Virus record (IMG/VR): IMGVR_UViG_3300026382_000001
Length of the DNA stretch: 64,000 nucleotides
Reading direction: 5' to 3' (one strand)
Source of the DNA: a virus
Lineage: Duplodnaviria > Heunggongvirae > Uroviricota > Caudoviricetes
Under the pieces are notes generated by a model, which saw only the letters and a list, made by a program, of their open reading frames with translations, did no database searches and had not been told where the DNA came from. Below are positions 29,158 through 40,433 of the stretch, piece after piece (position 1 is the first letter of the stretch; each line of letters opens with the position of its first letter). The translations under genes were made by a program, and so were the position numbers.

Positions 29158-30894
29158 TTAAGAAATATAAATAGTACTTAAACCATAACTTGAATATACT
29201 AATCCTGAACCAGCATTTTCTTCCATTGTTTCTAATAAACTATTTATTTGAGTCTGTGTTAAATTATAATTTTTTATAATTTTTAATCTGTATTTATTTG
29301 TTTCCTTTATTGTTTCTTTCTTCTGATCTATTTTTAGTCTTGTTCCAAGACCTTCGGTATTATTATAAATAATAAAATTATTATATTCTGAATTAATTAA
29401 TATATTTTCTGGAATATTATTTGATATTGTCTTAAATAATTTAAAACTTTTATCGGTATTTGATTTACTATAAAGAGTACTGTTTATAATTTCATCCGAT
29501 TTAAATAAAGAATAATCTTCCTTATTTATTACCGGAATTAATTCTAAACGGCCTTCATTAATATTATATTGTAATATATAAATATCTGAATATATACCAG
29601 AATCATTTAAAATAAGTTTGTTGTTAAATTTTAATATTATTTGACGTTTCCCTATTTCTATTAATGCGCTATCACGAATAATGTTATAACTTATTTCCGA
29701 TGGTATTGTACTTAAATCTCTTTTTGTTCCGGTATTTGTACTTGTTTCTGAAGTACTAAAAGGAAAAATATCTAAATTTTCTATAAAATTTATTAATTTT
29801 AATTTTATAAATTTTTTCAGATTTTCTAAGTCTGGATCAAATTCATCACATAAATAATTAATCCCAGTATTTATATTTATAATATTTATATCTTCTGTTT
29901 TATTTACAAAAGTATTTAAAATAGTATCGTTAAAAATTTTATCGAACAGAAACGTATTTTCATTAGAAAAGGTTTGATAAAAGTTATTTAAATTATTTTG
30001 GATATCGTATGTATTATTTTCATAATCTATGTTATTTATGTAATCCTGAGGAATTAATTTAAGAGTACATTTATAAATTTTTTTAGAATCCCTATAATTT
30101 TTTAAATTAATATAAGTTTCTTTATTGTTTATAATTTTAAATTCATTTAAACTTAAACTATCAATAATGGTAGTCTCAGATATATTTTCGCTTAATAAAA
30201 TTCCGTTTTTAGTGCAATCCAGATTTTTAATAAGTTCTAAATTAGATAATAAAAAAGTTATTAAATCTTTTTGTAAGTATTCGAAGGTACATATAAATGA
30301 TGTTATAAATTCGGTACTAAATTTAAAACCAAAAAATAAAGTTTTTGTAAAAAATGTTTCTTTTTCGTTTACAATATTTTTAAAAGTAACATCAGTGTTA
30401 AATAAAATATTAAAATTTATTTTATTTTTAATTCCGTCTGGATTATCCAAAGCATTTAAAACATTATCTTTTTTCATTTTAATACTAGAATTCTGATAAA
30501 AAACATTATTTAAAAACCAATAATCAAAATTTTTAATAATTTTTAATTTTGTAGGATTTTGTACTCCAAATTGTTCTGGAATTGGAAGTACTAGTTCCTT
30601 AATAATAGGAATACTAGTAATATATTTAATTTCATTCTCTATGAACTCTTTTGTAGGAACAGAATATAAATTTGTATTTATATTATCAATTTCTCCAATC
30701 ATTTGATTAGATTTAAATGTTTGAGTAATTACGTTTTGTATCTTAGATTCGGAAAATTTTTCCGAATCGTATTTAATTTCAGATACTGGTTCAGAATAAT
30801 CTAAAAATAATAAATATTCCCCAAATTTTCCAGTACTTAAGTTCGAGGAACTTATATTTATAATTGGTGTTTTACCAAGTTTTTTATTTTCCAT
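29158..30894 (-). CDS. hypothetical baseplate-region protein
   Basis: 578 aa N/I/K-rich ORF in the operon. Confidence 0.65.
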   Translation of the reverse strand: MENKKLGKTPIINISSSNLSTGKFGEYLLFLDYSEPVSEIKYDSEKFSESKIQNVITQTFKSNQMIGEIDNINTNLYSVPTKEFIENEIKYITSIPIIKELVLPIPEQFGVQNPTKLKIIKNFDYWFLNNVFYQNSSIKMKKDNVLNALDNPDGIKNKINFNILFNTDVTFKNIVNEKETFFTKTLFFGFKFSTEFITSFICTFEYLQKDLITFLLSNLELIKNLDCTKNGILLSENISETTIIDSLSLNEFKIINNKETYINLKNYRDSKKIYKCTLKLIPQDYINNIDYENNTYDIQNNLNNFYQTFSNENTFLFDKIFNDTILNTFVNKTEDINIININTGINYLCDEFDPDLENLKKFIKLKLINFIENLDIFPFSTSETSTNTGTKRDLSTIPSEISYNIIRDSALIEIGKRQIILKFNNKLILNDSGIYSDIYILQYNINEGRLELIPVINKEDYSLFKSDEIINSTLYSKSNTDKSFKLFKTISNNIPENILINSEYNNFIIYNNTEGLGTRLKIDQKKETIKETNKYRLKIIKNYNLTQTQINSLLETMEENAGSGLVYSSYGLSTIYIS

Positions 30895-30903
30895 AATTTT
30901 CCT

Positions 30904-33900
30904 TTATATCATGCCAAGCTCTAACCATATATCATGAAGCTCATTATTTAATTTGACTATATTTGCAGAAGTTCCAGCTCCTATTGATAAAGTACAATCA
31001 AAAACTAATGGTGTGCTTTGGCGCACTTGTATAGTATGATCTAATATATCTTGTTCCGTTTGATTTAAAGTATTTGGTACGGTAACAATTTTTGAATATA
31101 TTATAGTATCATTAAAAGTAGCTGTTGTATTTTCATAAGTAGTTGTGTTTGAATCCATTGATGAATCTTCGGCTTGACAATATATATCATCTTGAACATT
31201 TAAAGCTATACCATCATATATTGATTTAGTATTTATAACTCCATAAATATTTCTTGAAATTGGAAAGAAATTATTACAGTTAACTATAATAGTAAATAAT
31301 CCAGATTCTTCGGAATAATGAGTATCATTTACTAAATCATCATCTTTTAAAATAATACCTGGTAATGATATAGTACCTTCTGGGGCTTTATCAAATAATA
31401 CTATACTATCAATATAGTTTTTAATTAAAAATAGATTTTGTGTGGGATCTCCATATTCATCTCTTTGCAAAATATTAAAAGATACATTTAAAGTTTCTTT
31501 ATTTTTTTCTAAAAATATTTTATAATCTGATGTTTGATAATCGCTTAATATAAATCTCATTTTCGAAGAATCTATAAAATCCAACAATATTAATTCGTCA
31601 GTATCGTATTTGATTGGTTCATCAGCAAAGCTTTTATAACTTTTTACAAGTACCTTTAATTTACCAGATAAAATAGTTTCTAATGGTATATCAACAACAT
31701 AAATTTTTTGACCATCATAAACATTTGATGGTTGATTAACTAGTTCGACGCTTGAACTATCACCAAGAATTGTGCTATCACTAAGTATTATATTTTGTAT
31801 ATCTGCACCAATATCATATTCAACTTTTATACTAACTTGGACAAATTGGGACATAGTACAATTGCTAATTTTTCTTTTATTAATATCTACAAATTCTACT
31901 GAAATATTATGTTCTCTTAATTCATCAGTGGCATCAGTAATCGATAAAGCGCTACCATCTCCTTCATTTTCTTTTTCGTATTGATCCGTAATGGCTTGTA
32001 AAGCATTATTTAATGCAGTATTAGCACAATTTTCGTATGGGTAATTATTAACACGAGTTTTTAAATTATTTAAAAAGTTTTCGTAAACTTTATCAATAAG
32101 TTTCATTGTATCACCCATATAAACTATGGACATAATACATTTTAATTTATAAATAATTAAATCTATTAATGCCTTAAGCCATTTAGGAATAAGCCAATCT
32201 AATAATAATTGTAAAAGCCAACCTAAGAAAAGATTAATATAATACATTAAATAATCGATTACCATTTGAATTAATTTACATACTATTGTATCACAACCAC
32301 AATCAATTTTTGGATAATATGTTAGGTAAAAATCATAAGCTACATTTTCTTCAAGAGCCGCGAACATAGTTAATTTATATTCTTCGCATTGGAGAATTTT
32401 AATACTATAATAAACATAATTATATTGTTGACCAGCTATCGTAATTGTTGGTAAACCGTTTATAATTGCTTCTTCTGCATTATTTAACATAGTATTTTTA
32501 TAAGCACTGTTTACATAAATCATTCCTTTGTAACTTTTAGTTATATAATTTTTATTTATAGGGTCATTAAATAAATATTCTAACATATAATTACCAAAAG
32601 GTTTTGAATAAATTTCAGAAAGTAATTTACCATAGTTTTCTTGAGCTTCCTCACTGAGCGAAGGATTTTTCATTTCGAATATTTCGGACTCCGTATTATA
32701 TTCTAAATAATAACCATAATCGAATAGATTTTTTATTAAATCCTTTGCTTCGGTAATACTTTTTTTTGCAAATTCCTTATAATTATCTCCAGTAATTTCA
32801 TCAAAATAATATAAAGCTAAACGTTTACTAATATATTCTAATGCTAACTGATAAATTGGAGTACCCATTATTTCAAAATACTGGACTAATTTTTCATATA
32901 ATCTATTATCGTAAAAATCTATATTTATATCAAATTCCAAATAGGTACTAAAAATATCCAAATACATTTGTTGTTGTTTAAATACGTTATGTGATGTATA
33001 ATCATATATAGAGTCATCCAAAGTAATTAAATCTTCGGAAACATAAATATTTAAATTTTTTATTATTACTTCTGCTTTTTGAACAGCCTCTTCCCAATTT
33101 AATTTATCTTGTACTCTAATTTTATCTAATTGTTCGATATATTTATTTTCCTTAGTACTCATATCATTAATATATGCAATAAGTTCTCTATTGGTAGCCA
33201 AAATGTCGGTAGACGATCCTGTACTTTTTGGAATATTTATATCGATAGTACCATACCAATTCCTAGTTAATACATTATTATATTCAGCAATAGTTTCTTT
33301 TATGTACTCGGCTTTATCAGTATAAGCAAATTGCATTGCTGGTAAATTGTTTATAAATTTTTTCGTAAAATCGGATGGTTCTATGTTAATCCATTCAGGA
33401 TCAATATAATTAATAAGATCATCCAATATATCTTCAGCTTTATAATAAGTTCTTGATGATCCACCACTTTTGTTATCTTTTTCCATATACCTTTTAAATT
33501 GTTCCACAAAATTTAAATCGGTGCTAATACTATCAGTAAATGTAATATTGTCATTTTTTAAATAAGTAGTCGAATTACTTAAACTTGGTATAATATCTTT
33601 ATTTTTTATAGCATACGCCGTTTCATTAGAATATTTTAATAAATCATTTCTATTTATATTATTACTTTCTAATGCATTAATTGGAAGTATTCTTATTTTA
33701 GCTTTTGGAAATTTTGGTAATTTAATTTCTAAATGGGCCATATTCATTAGACATCTGCATATACCTGTACCAGGATTTCTAATTTCTCTAAGACGGAAAG
33801 CTTCTGAGGAAGTATTCATTGGGATACTTCCTATTGGAGCAACATTTGCTAAAGTTTTCCATATTGCTATATCCTGTTCCTTTTTTGTATTAATATCGTT

Positions 33901-34812
33901 AATATTTTTATTTATTCCATCTTGTTCAGTTAGTTGAGTATTTATGTTAGATGTACTTGATATATTTTTCATAGTTATATTAGCTTTTTTAGTAAGACTA
34001 AGAATTTCATTGTCTATATTAGTATTACTAGTTTTATTTAAAATTGCTATACTTCTATTCGTTTGATTTTTAGTACAATTTTGTAAAGTTCTATTTAAAT
34101 TTTTTACTGGATCAATAATTATATCAAATAAAGAACCAGACATAATTTTATCCATAAGTTGTTCGAATGTTTGAATATATGGTCTAATTGGAGCCATCCA
34201 GTTAAAATCTATTGGTAACCAAGGGTTACCAGGAATAGGGGAGATAAGACAGAATAATGGTTCTATAGCAGTATATAATTTTGTAATATTTTTAACTACT
34301 CCGAGAATAGTTTTCATAAAATCTGAATTGCCTCCACACGATTCTCCTTTTAGATTTGGAGAATCTCCACAGTCCGTATGATCTTTCGAACTCGCGAGAA
34401 ATCTAAAAATTGGTACTACAGTTCTATTATATTCATCCGATATATGACAGCATTTCATCTGCTGAAACAGTTGGATTAAAGTATCATTTAATTCCGAAAT
34501 ATGATAACTAAATTGATCAGCTTTTATAAATAAATTTAGATTTGGTTTTGGTTTGGATAAAAAATTTGGTAAAGCAAAATCTACACTTATATTAAAATTA
34601 ATATTACAATAAAAACCAAAAGTTTCATTATCATAGGTTGGTGAACCAGTACTAGTACTACCGGCTGTTAAATCAACATTATCTAAATAAGCATTTGTAA
34701 TTGATTCATTCGTTTTGGGGGTTAAATCTATATATGCTATTTCGGCGTATCCCTCTAAAGTGGTTTCAAATGAATCGGTCCTGGTCGTATTACTATCTGT
34801 TAAATTAGCCAT
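30904..34812 (-). CDS. large baseplate hub-like protein with amphipathic/hydrophobic segment
   Basis: 1302 aa, directly after the spike gene; Cys clusters and LIQMVIDYLMYYINLFLGWLLQLLLDWLIP segment. Confidence 0.5.
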   Translation of the reverse strand: MANLTDSNTTRTDSFETTLEGYAEIAYIDLTPKTNESITNAYLDNVDLTAGSTSTGSPTYDNETFGFYCNINFNISVDFALPNFLSKPKPNLNLFIKADQFSYHISELNDTLIQLFQQMKCCHISDEYNRTVVPIFRFLASSKDHTDCGDSPNLKGESCGGNSDFMKTILGVVKNITKLYTAIEPLFCLISPIPGNPWLPIDFNWMAPIRPYIQTFEQLMDKIMSGSLFDIIIDPVKNLNRTLQNCTKNQTNRSIAILNKTSNTNIDNEILSLTKKANITMKNISSTSNINTQLTEQDGINKNINDINTKKEQDIAIWKTLANVAPIGSIPMNTSSEAFRLREIRNPGTGICRCLMNMAHLEIKLPKFPKAKIRILPINALESNNINRNDLLKYSNETAYAIKNKDIIPSLSNSTTYLKNDNITFTDSISTDLNFVEQFKRYMEKDNKSGGSSRTYYKAEDILDDLINYIDPEWINIEPSDFTKKFINNLPAMQFAYTDKAEYIKETIAEYNNVLTRNWYGTIDINIPKSTGSSTDILATNRELIAYINDMSTKENKYIEQLDKIRVQDKLNWEEAVQKAEVIIKNLNIYVSEDLITLDDSIYDYTSHNVFKQQQMYLDIFSTYLEFDINIDFYDNRLYEKLVQYFEIMGTPIYQLALEYISKRLALYYFDEITGDNYKEFAKKSITEAKDLIKNLFDYGYYLEYNTESEIFEMKNPSLSEEAQENYGKLLSEIYSKPFGNYMLEYLFNDPINKNYITKSYKGMIYVNSAYKNTMLNNAEEAIINGLPTITIAGQQYNYVYYSIKILQCEEYKLTMFAALEENVAYDFYLTYYPKIDCGCDTIVCKLIQMVIDYLMYYINLFLGWLLQLLLDWLIPKWLKALIDLIIYKLKCIMSIVYMGDTMKLIDKVYENFLNNLKTRVNNYPYENCANTALNNALQAITDQYEKENEGDGSALSITDATDELREHNISVEFVDINKRKISNCTMSQFVQVSIKVEYDIGADIQNIILSDSTILGDSSSVELVNQPSNVYDGQKIYVVDIPLETILSGKLKVLVKSYKSFADEPIKYDTDELILLDFIDSSKMRFILSDYQTSDYKIFLEKNKETLNVSFNILQRDEYGDPTQNLFLIKNYIDSIVLFDKAPEGTISLPGIILKDDDLVNDTHYSEESGLFTIIVNCNNFFPISRNIYGVINTKSIYDGIALNVQDDIYCQAEDSSMDSNTTTYENTTATFNDTIIYSKIVTVPNTLNQTEQDILDHTIQVRQSTPLVFDCTLSIGAGTSANIVKLNNELHDIWLELGMI

Positions 34813-34815
34813 TCA

Positions 34816-36201
34816 TTATCCTTTTAAAAAATTACTAGAAAGTATTGCTAAATCATTATCGGATTTAGTATTTTGAAATGATAAATTATCAATATTTGCA
34901 TAATCCACAACGGTACTTCCATAATTTATTTTATTTTCTGTATTTACTTCGTTTAAATTATTAAGGAATGTATTCTTATCATTATCTTTTTTAAAAAATA
35001 TTCCCATAAGACTTTTATCAACTGGAGTTGCTACAGAAGCAGCGTCAGCTACCGAACCATCTGTTAATACGGTTCCAACGACGGATGACGCTATATTATC
35101 GAAACTCATAAATGTTCCAAAGGCAGCGAAAGCTAATTGAAGTGAAGTACTAGTAGTAGTTAATGATGTACCAAAACTTGGAGCAACACTGGTAGCAACA
35201 CCAAGATTATTTACTATAGCACCATCATTTGCTATAGTACTAATAGCATTTGCTTGAAAGGTACTTGTTTCGGTACTCATGGTATTTTCTCTAGATTCTA
35301 AAGCACTATATGTATGTTTAATGGCTAAATTTATTTGATCATTAATTAACGATTGAGTTCTATAAAATACTTTCGATTCCAAATTTAAAGATAATCCAGC
35401 TTTAATATAAGTACTTAACCAACCTTCTATATGAATAACACTTGAATTTAAAGCAGCCTTTTGGGTACCAGTTAAATTTAAAATAGTTCCTCTTATATGA
35501 AGTTGTCCAAGACTCTGAATATTTGTACTTTCCCCACGGATATCTAATTTTTTAGTATCTATTGAAAGAAAATCTTCTCCTTTCATACTAATACCTTTGG
35601 ATGTCATATTAAAAAAAGTAGTTGAATCGGTTCCATTATTTACAGAAAACCCAGCACTATTAAAAATTAAAGTTCTTTCCCCAAAAGATACGACAAAACC
35701 ATCTTCTGATAATTCCATAAAAGATGTTACGTTGTTGCCTATATCATTCGTTTGCATAATAATACTACTTTTATCCATAAAAAAATCAGTTCTATTTGAG
35801 TTATTTATATGGAATCTGCTTTTAGAATTATCGAAATAAACTCTAGAACCATTTGGGGTTTCAGCTAATAAATAATAATCATCGGTTGGTTGTCCCGGAG
35901 GTACGGCTACGGAATCATAATGTATTCTATCTATATAACCAGATTCTATTTTATTAGTACTAAATTTAATTATTACTTTAGTATCTGGTATTAATGGAAA
36001 ATATGAACCACTGTATTGTGTTAGGTCAGTTCCTTTTCTTTTCACAGCCATATATTTATTTAATTTATTTTGTACTGGAAGTAATTCATCTTTTTTTAAA
36101 AGAGTTGGTATCCAAACATAATAATTTGTTGGATACGTTTCGTCATAATAATCTGCGATAATACCAATGAATTCTTTATCTGTTAAGGTATTTGATGCCA
36201 T
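34816..36201 (-). CDS. central spike protein (gp5/VgrG-like)
   Basis: N-terminal OB-fold-like YVWIPTL..YFPLIPDTKVIIKF followed by beta-helix-type repeats. Confidence 0.75.
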   Translation of the reverse strand: MASNTLTDKEFIGIIADYYDETYPTNYYVWIPTLLKKDELLPVQNKLNKYMAVKRKGTDLTQYSGSYFPLIPDTKVIIKFSTNKIESGYIDRIHYDSVAVPPGQPTDDYYLLAETPNGSRVYFDNSKSRFHINNSNRTDFFMDKSSIIMQTNDIGNNVTSFMELSEDGFVVSFGERTLIFNSAGFSVNNGTDSTTFFNMTSKGISMKGEDFLSIDTKKLDIRGESTNIQSLGQLHIRGTILNLTGTQKAALNSSVIHIEGWLSTYIKAGLSLNLESKVFYRTQSLINDQINLAIKHTYSALESRENTMSTETSTFQANAISTIANDGAIVNNLGVATSVAPSFGTSLTTTSTSLQLAFAAFGTFMSFDNIASSVVGTVLTDGSVADAASVATPVDKSLMGIFFKKDNDKNTFLNNLNEVNTENKINYGSTVVDYANIDNLSFQNTKSDNDLAILSSNFLKG

Positions 36202-36235
36202 AATTTTCCTTTAAAATTTGAATATGTTTAATTAT

Positions 36236-36244
36236 TATTTAGTT
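36236..36244 (-). promoter_or_regulatory. late-type promoter AACTAAATA
   Basis: Upstream of the spike gene. Confidence 0.6.
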
Positions 36245-36279
36245 TAATATTATTAAAGAAGCGTTTTAAATATCTAATA

Positions 36280-36428
36280 AACAGGATAACTATCAATAGT
36301 TAACTATCAATGGTGCGTGGTATAGATAGTAAGTATAGTTATCTATATACGTTTGTCTCTTTAGTTGATAGTACTGATAGTTAACTATTGATGGTAGGTG
36401 TACTAATAGTTAACTATTAATAGTTATT
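36280..36428. repeat. palindromic intergenic repeat cluster E
   Basis: Three ATAGTTAACTAT units with GGTGCGTGGTA-type linkers. Confidence 0.9.
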
Positions 36429-36450
36429 CGATAATTTATAGAAGATTTAT

Positions 36451-36489
36451 CGACAGGAAATTACTTCTGGAATTAACCAGAAGTAATTT
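36451..36489 (-). terminator. intrinsic terminator with TTTCCTGTCG tail
   Basis: 13-bp stem, after the sheath/tube operon. Confidence 0.85.
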
Positions 36490-36491
36490 TA

Positions 36492-36677
36492 TTAACTTAT
36501 ACCTAATTGAGCTTCTAAAACTGCAATACGGTCAATTAATTTAATAAAGTTTTGTTGAAAAGGTTCGTTCCAATTTGGAGTATCTCTACCAACAAGTTTA
36601 ATACCTTTATAATCAATTAATGTAATTGGAGGAATTGATATAGTATTTCCATCTATATCTGTAAAATTATAAGTCAT
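36492..36677 (-). CDS. stand-alone NWNEP-domain protein
   Basis: LVGRDTPNWNEPFQQNFIKL; AAGGAG SD. Confidence 0.65.
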   Translation of the reverse strand: MTYNFTDIDGNTISIPPITLIDYKGIKLVGRDTPNWNEPFQQNFIKLIDRIAVLEAQLGIS

Positions 36678-36743
36678 ATGGACTCCTTTTAATTATTTAT
36701 TGTTTCATTAATTAGTTAAAATAATTATCAAAACGTCTTTTTA

Positions 36744-37505
36744 TTAATTTTCAGTTAAATGATCAAATACGTTATAAGAATGTTTAGATAAAGTATCATC
36801 AATTACTAAAACTTCGTTGAGTTTATCAAGTGCTTCTTTTTTAACTAAATCGTTAGTTTCATCTAATGGGAAACCATCAAACGAATATTGGATATTTGGA
36901 CGAACTAAAGAGTTGTCTGTAATATTAGAATCGTAAATTGATTTGAGATCTGTTTTAGGGAAAACACCATCCATATAATCAACTTTAATGATATCATCAA
37001 TTACGAATTTATTTGCTGTATTTCCTAGAACTGGTTTAGTTTGAATAATCCAAACTTTACCTTTATAAGAACCTACTTCAAAATTAGATACTGCATCAGT
37101 TGCAGATTTCTTAATTGCCCCACCACTATATGGATCAATAATTGAAGTCCACTGACGATGAATTCTAAATATTGGAGCTCCCCAATATTCTTTGTATTGT
37201 ATACTGAAGTTGCGATCAATTTGTTGACCAGTTACGAATGTTGCATCTACTCCACCCATACCCATAATATCTTCAGTTTTTAATTGTCTATCACCAGGTG
37301 GTGTATAAGACTCAGCTGAAGATAATAAAAGATTTGATAAATTTGTTTTATCACCTTGTTCAAATACATCTGGAAATTCAAAAAGTACGTAAAAGTAACC
37401 TTTGATAAACGGATGAGCGTTTTTCTCTAAATTTGAACCACCTTGATATCTATTTCCATAGACAGCAGCGCTAACGTTACTAAAGCTAATTGCGTTAAAT
37501 GCCAT
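36744..37505 (-). CDS. tail tube protein (T4 gp19-like)
   Basis: AESYTPPG..FSIQYKEYWGAPIFRIHRQW..GVFP; directly downstream of sheath. Confidence 0.8.
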   Translation of the reverse strand: MAFNAISFSNVSAAVYGNRYQGGSNLEKNAHPFIKGYFYVLFEFPDVFEQGDKTNLSNLLLSSAESYTPPGDRQLKTEDIMGMGGVDATFVTGQQIDRNFSIQYKEYWGAPIFRIHRQWTSIIDPYSGGAIKKSATDAVSNFEVGSYKGKVWIIQTKPVLGNTANKFVIDDIIKVDYMDGVFPKTDLKSIYDSNITDNSLVRPNIQYSFDGFPLDETNDLVKKEALDKLNEVLVIDDTLSKHSYNVFDHLTEN

Positions 37506-37550
37506 AATAATTCCTTAATTTAATTTTTGGTTTTCAATAATCCAAGAGGA

Positions 37551-39593
37551 TTATTGAACTTGAATTGGAACACTAATTGTTTCAATTGTTCCAACTGGGT
37601 TAATAGTAATACTAACTACCAAGTGGTTTTCTTCTTCGATGAAATATACTTTAATTTTAATATCTTGGAAAATACCATCTTTAAGGTTGTCTGCTGAAAT
37701 TCTATAACGATCCATATATCTAGAAACTATATTCGTAATTTCGGAAATATTTGAACCAAGGGCTTTAACCTGAATAAAATCTTTAAGAAGTTTTGGGATA
37801 TCTTTTCTCATTCTATGAATAGGTTTAATAATATTAATTCTTGATAATTTAGAAGCTTTTTTATAAGCGCTAAGTTGATCAATTTCATACGTTCCGTCAG
37901 TTTCTTCAATTATCGTATTAACTTGCATATTTCTAAGAGTTTCGATACCTGCAGAAGTAATAGTATAAGATAATTTTACAGAACTTTCTAGTAAAGCACC
38001 TTTATTAATATTTGCTGGTGGTTCAGTAATACTATATTCAGAATCTATTTTAAGATTAATTAACATTGCCATATAACTATGTGGAATAGTAATATAAGAT
38101 CCAGAACCTTCATCAAAGTGTTCATCATTACATTGACCACTATAAATTAAAGTATTAAATGAATTAACATAATAATCTTGAGAACGTTTAGTAGCATCTT
38201 CTTCAACCGAATTACTGTAACCAAGAGAGGTAATAGGAATAGTAAATCCAATTTCATCGGCTAAATTAACAATACTTGTCATAACATCAAAATCATTTGT
38301 CCAATCAGGAATATAATCAAAATCATATCTAGGATACATAACTTCTCTAATTAGTGGATCACCATCAAAAAATTGAAGTAATAGTTGTTTAGCATTTGGA
38401 GCTTCTATTGAACCAGGACCTTGCATATTAAGAACATTATCTATAATAACATTTTCTCCATCAGAACCATTTACTAATTTAATAGGGTTATTAATAAGAG
38501 CGTTATATACATCGTAACGCATAAAATTAATTACTTCTGTGGCAAGAGTTTCATTTTCATCGATAAATAATTTATAGAAGGCCTTTTCTCCATTAATATT
38601 TAATGAAAGAGTTCCTTCGGTATTTCCATAATAAGCTGTAGTATTAATTTGAGAATCATTTACAGTAATACTATATTTTTTAGTAACGACTGTACCATTA
38701 GCATCTGTTTGAATAAGTTGAAGAATTTCTTCTTCTAATCCTTCTAGTTGAGTAGCTTTAATACTTAACCCTTCGTCTTTATTAACATAAAATTCGAAGT
38801 TAACTCCAGTAGTTTGATCTTTAAGAATTACTTTACGGCCCTGTTCTTCAATTAGATTACTTAAACCCATATATTTATAAAGATCTGGTAATTTATATTC
38901 ATTTGTACTAATTTCAATGAATTCGTTATTCATTGTAAATTTTTTATCTACGAATAATTCTTTACCTGTATTCATATTAAGAATTGGAACACCAGTTTCT
39001 GGATCTCTATCAATTAGCGAAACTAGGATATCAGAAGCTCTAAGAACTGGACCTTTAGAAGTATTTTCATAAATGCTTGCATTTAAGAAGTTAAATTTAT
39101 AATCTAAATCACCTTCATCATTAGCATATAACTTTTCGAAGTTAACTGCTGGAGCAAATACAATACTTAAATCATTATAACCAAGACCACGATCTTTAGC
39201 TAAAATTTTAATAATGTTATCTAAACCATTAATTTTTAAATTGTTATCAGTAAGAATTTTTTTATCTGTAGTAGTAATTGCTCCAAATTTATAATCTTCT
39301 GTAAGAATTACATTTGCATAAGTAGCGTCGTTAGCCACCAAACGTTTCCAAAGTACTTTATTAGTACGAGTTAGAGCACCTTTAACATATTTAATACCTA
39401 AACCAAATTTCTTTATATTTTCCAAACCAAGTTTAGCAGTTACCTGCTTTACATCATTAAACATAAATAAATCTTCGGTACCGTATTTACTAAAACCTGC
39501 TATTAGTACTGATCTACCAGATGCCACATTTGTTGCCAAGTAAGAATTATCAATTAAACTAGTTGTAATTCCTGGAATATTATATGTTGCCAT
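37551..39593 (-). CDS. tail sheath protein
   Basis: PGITTSLIDNS N-terminus; LSRINI and VSITINPVGTIETISV C-terminal sheath motifs. Confidence 0.85.
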   Translation of the reverse strand: MATYNIPGITTSLIDNSYLATNVASGRSVLIAGFSKYGTEDLFMFNDVKQVTAKLGLENIKKFGLGIKYVKGALTRTNKVLWKRLVANDATYANVILTEDYKFGAITTTDKKILTDNNLKINGLDNIIKILAKDRGLGYNDLSIVFAPAVNFEKLYANDEGDLDYKFNFLNASIYENTSKGPVLRASDILVSLIDRDPETGVPILNMNTGKELFVDKKFTMNNEFIEISTNEYKLPDLYKYMGLSNLIEEQGRKVILKDQTTGVNFEFYVNKDEGLSIKATQLEGLEEEILQLIQTDANGTVVTKKYSITVNDSQINTTAYYGNTEGTLSLNINGEKAFYKLFIDENETLATEVINFMRYDVYNALINNPIKLVNGSDGENVIIDNVLNMQGPGSIEAPNAKQLLLQFFDGDPLIREVMYPRYDFDYIPDWTNDFDVMTSIVNLADEIGFTIPITSLGYSNSVEEDATKRSQDYYVNSFNTLIYSGQCNDEHFDEGSGSYITIPHSYMAMLINLKIDSEYSITEPPANINKGALLESSVKLSYTITSAGIETLRNMQVNTIIEETDGTYEIDQLSAYKKASKLSRINIIKPIHRMRKDIPKLLKDFIQVKALGSNISEITNIVSRYMDRYRISADNLKDGIFQDIKIKVYFIEEENHLVVSITINPVGTIETISVPIQVQ

Positions 39594-39645
39594 ATTGTCT
39601 TTCCTTATTTTAAATTTTATTTTTTGTATTTTCTATTTTTTATTT

Positions 39646-40386
39646 TTAAACTAAAATATTCCATTCGATTACAATTCCGTCATGAATATCTAAATATTTA
39701 TCCAGAGTTGTAAATCTTGCAAATAAAATATGGTTAGTTTTACTTGGGATACCATTTATATATTCTACCGCATATAATCCAGCTTCATTAAATTTAACTG
39801 GTTTATCTACTGGTTCATCTTTTTGAATAATAATATTATATGTAATTACAGTTTGTGCAGAAACCGTAACTTGACCACTTGGTCCATTGATTGTATGATC
39901 TTCGCTAGATACTACAATACTTCCATCAGATTGAATACGTTTTAAATACCCATCTCCAACATATTTATAATCATTGGTAGCAGTATCACTATCTTCAGTT
40001 CTGGCAATTGGAACCGGATTGGCTAAAACTGTATCATTATCAAATGGTCCAACTGTACTTGGAACACCATTATTACTATCAGTTCCACCAGTTCCAATGC
40101 TTACATAATTAATTTTATAATTACTAAGTTCCGGAGCCATTCCAGAAATTAAGGCGGCCACAATTTCACGTCCTCCCATAACAACTAGATTTTCTTCCTC
40201 TGCTAAAAGATTACCATCGAGATCATAAACTTTTGGTCTACCAATAATTCTCTTAGTTTTATTACCAAGATCACCATTTTCAACCATACTAGTTTCTTCA
40301 ATAATACTTACTCTATCTTCCGGTTCGAGAGTACTACTATCTAAGATATGTAACTTTTTCATTTCACCTAAATTTTCGTTTTTCAT
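39646..40386 (-). CDS. baseplate wedge/tail-collar protein
   Basis: ENLVVMGGRE..YVSIGTGG..FNEAGLY..LFARFT pattern. Confidence 0.6.
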   Translation of the reverse strand: MKNENLGEMKKLHILDSSTLEPEDRVSIIEETSMVENGDLGNKTKRIIGRPKVYDLDGNLLAEEENLVVMGGREIVAALISGMAPELSNYKINYVSIGTGGTDSNNGVPSTVGPFDNDTVLANPVPIARTEDSDTATNDYKYVGDGYLKRIQSDGSIVVSSEDHTINGPSGQVTVSAQTVITYNIIIQKDEPVDKPVKFNEAGLYAVEYINGIPSKTNHILFARFTTLDKYLDIHDGIVIEWNILV

Positions 40387-40404
40387 TAATTTTTCCTTAT
40401 ATTG

Positions 40405-40412
40405 TATTAGTT
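40405..40412 (-). promoter_or_regulatory. late-type promoter variant AACTAATA
   Basis: Upstream of 39646-40386 and the sheath; the same variant is at 23891-23898. Confidence 0.45.
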
Positions 40413-40433
40413 ATATAGTTTCTAAGAACCTTT

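Noticed and set aside
36280-36428. Palindrome clusters as CRISPR mini-arrays
   Set aside because: No fixed-length repeat with unique spacers; linkers recur between loci; no cas genes in the window
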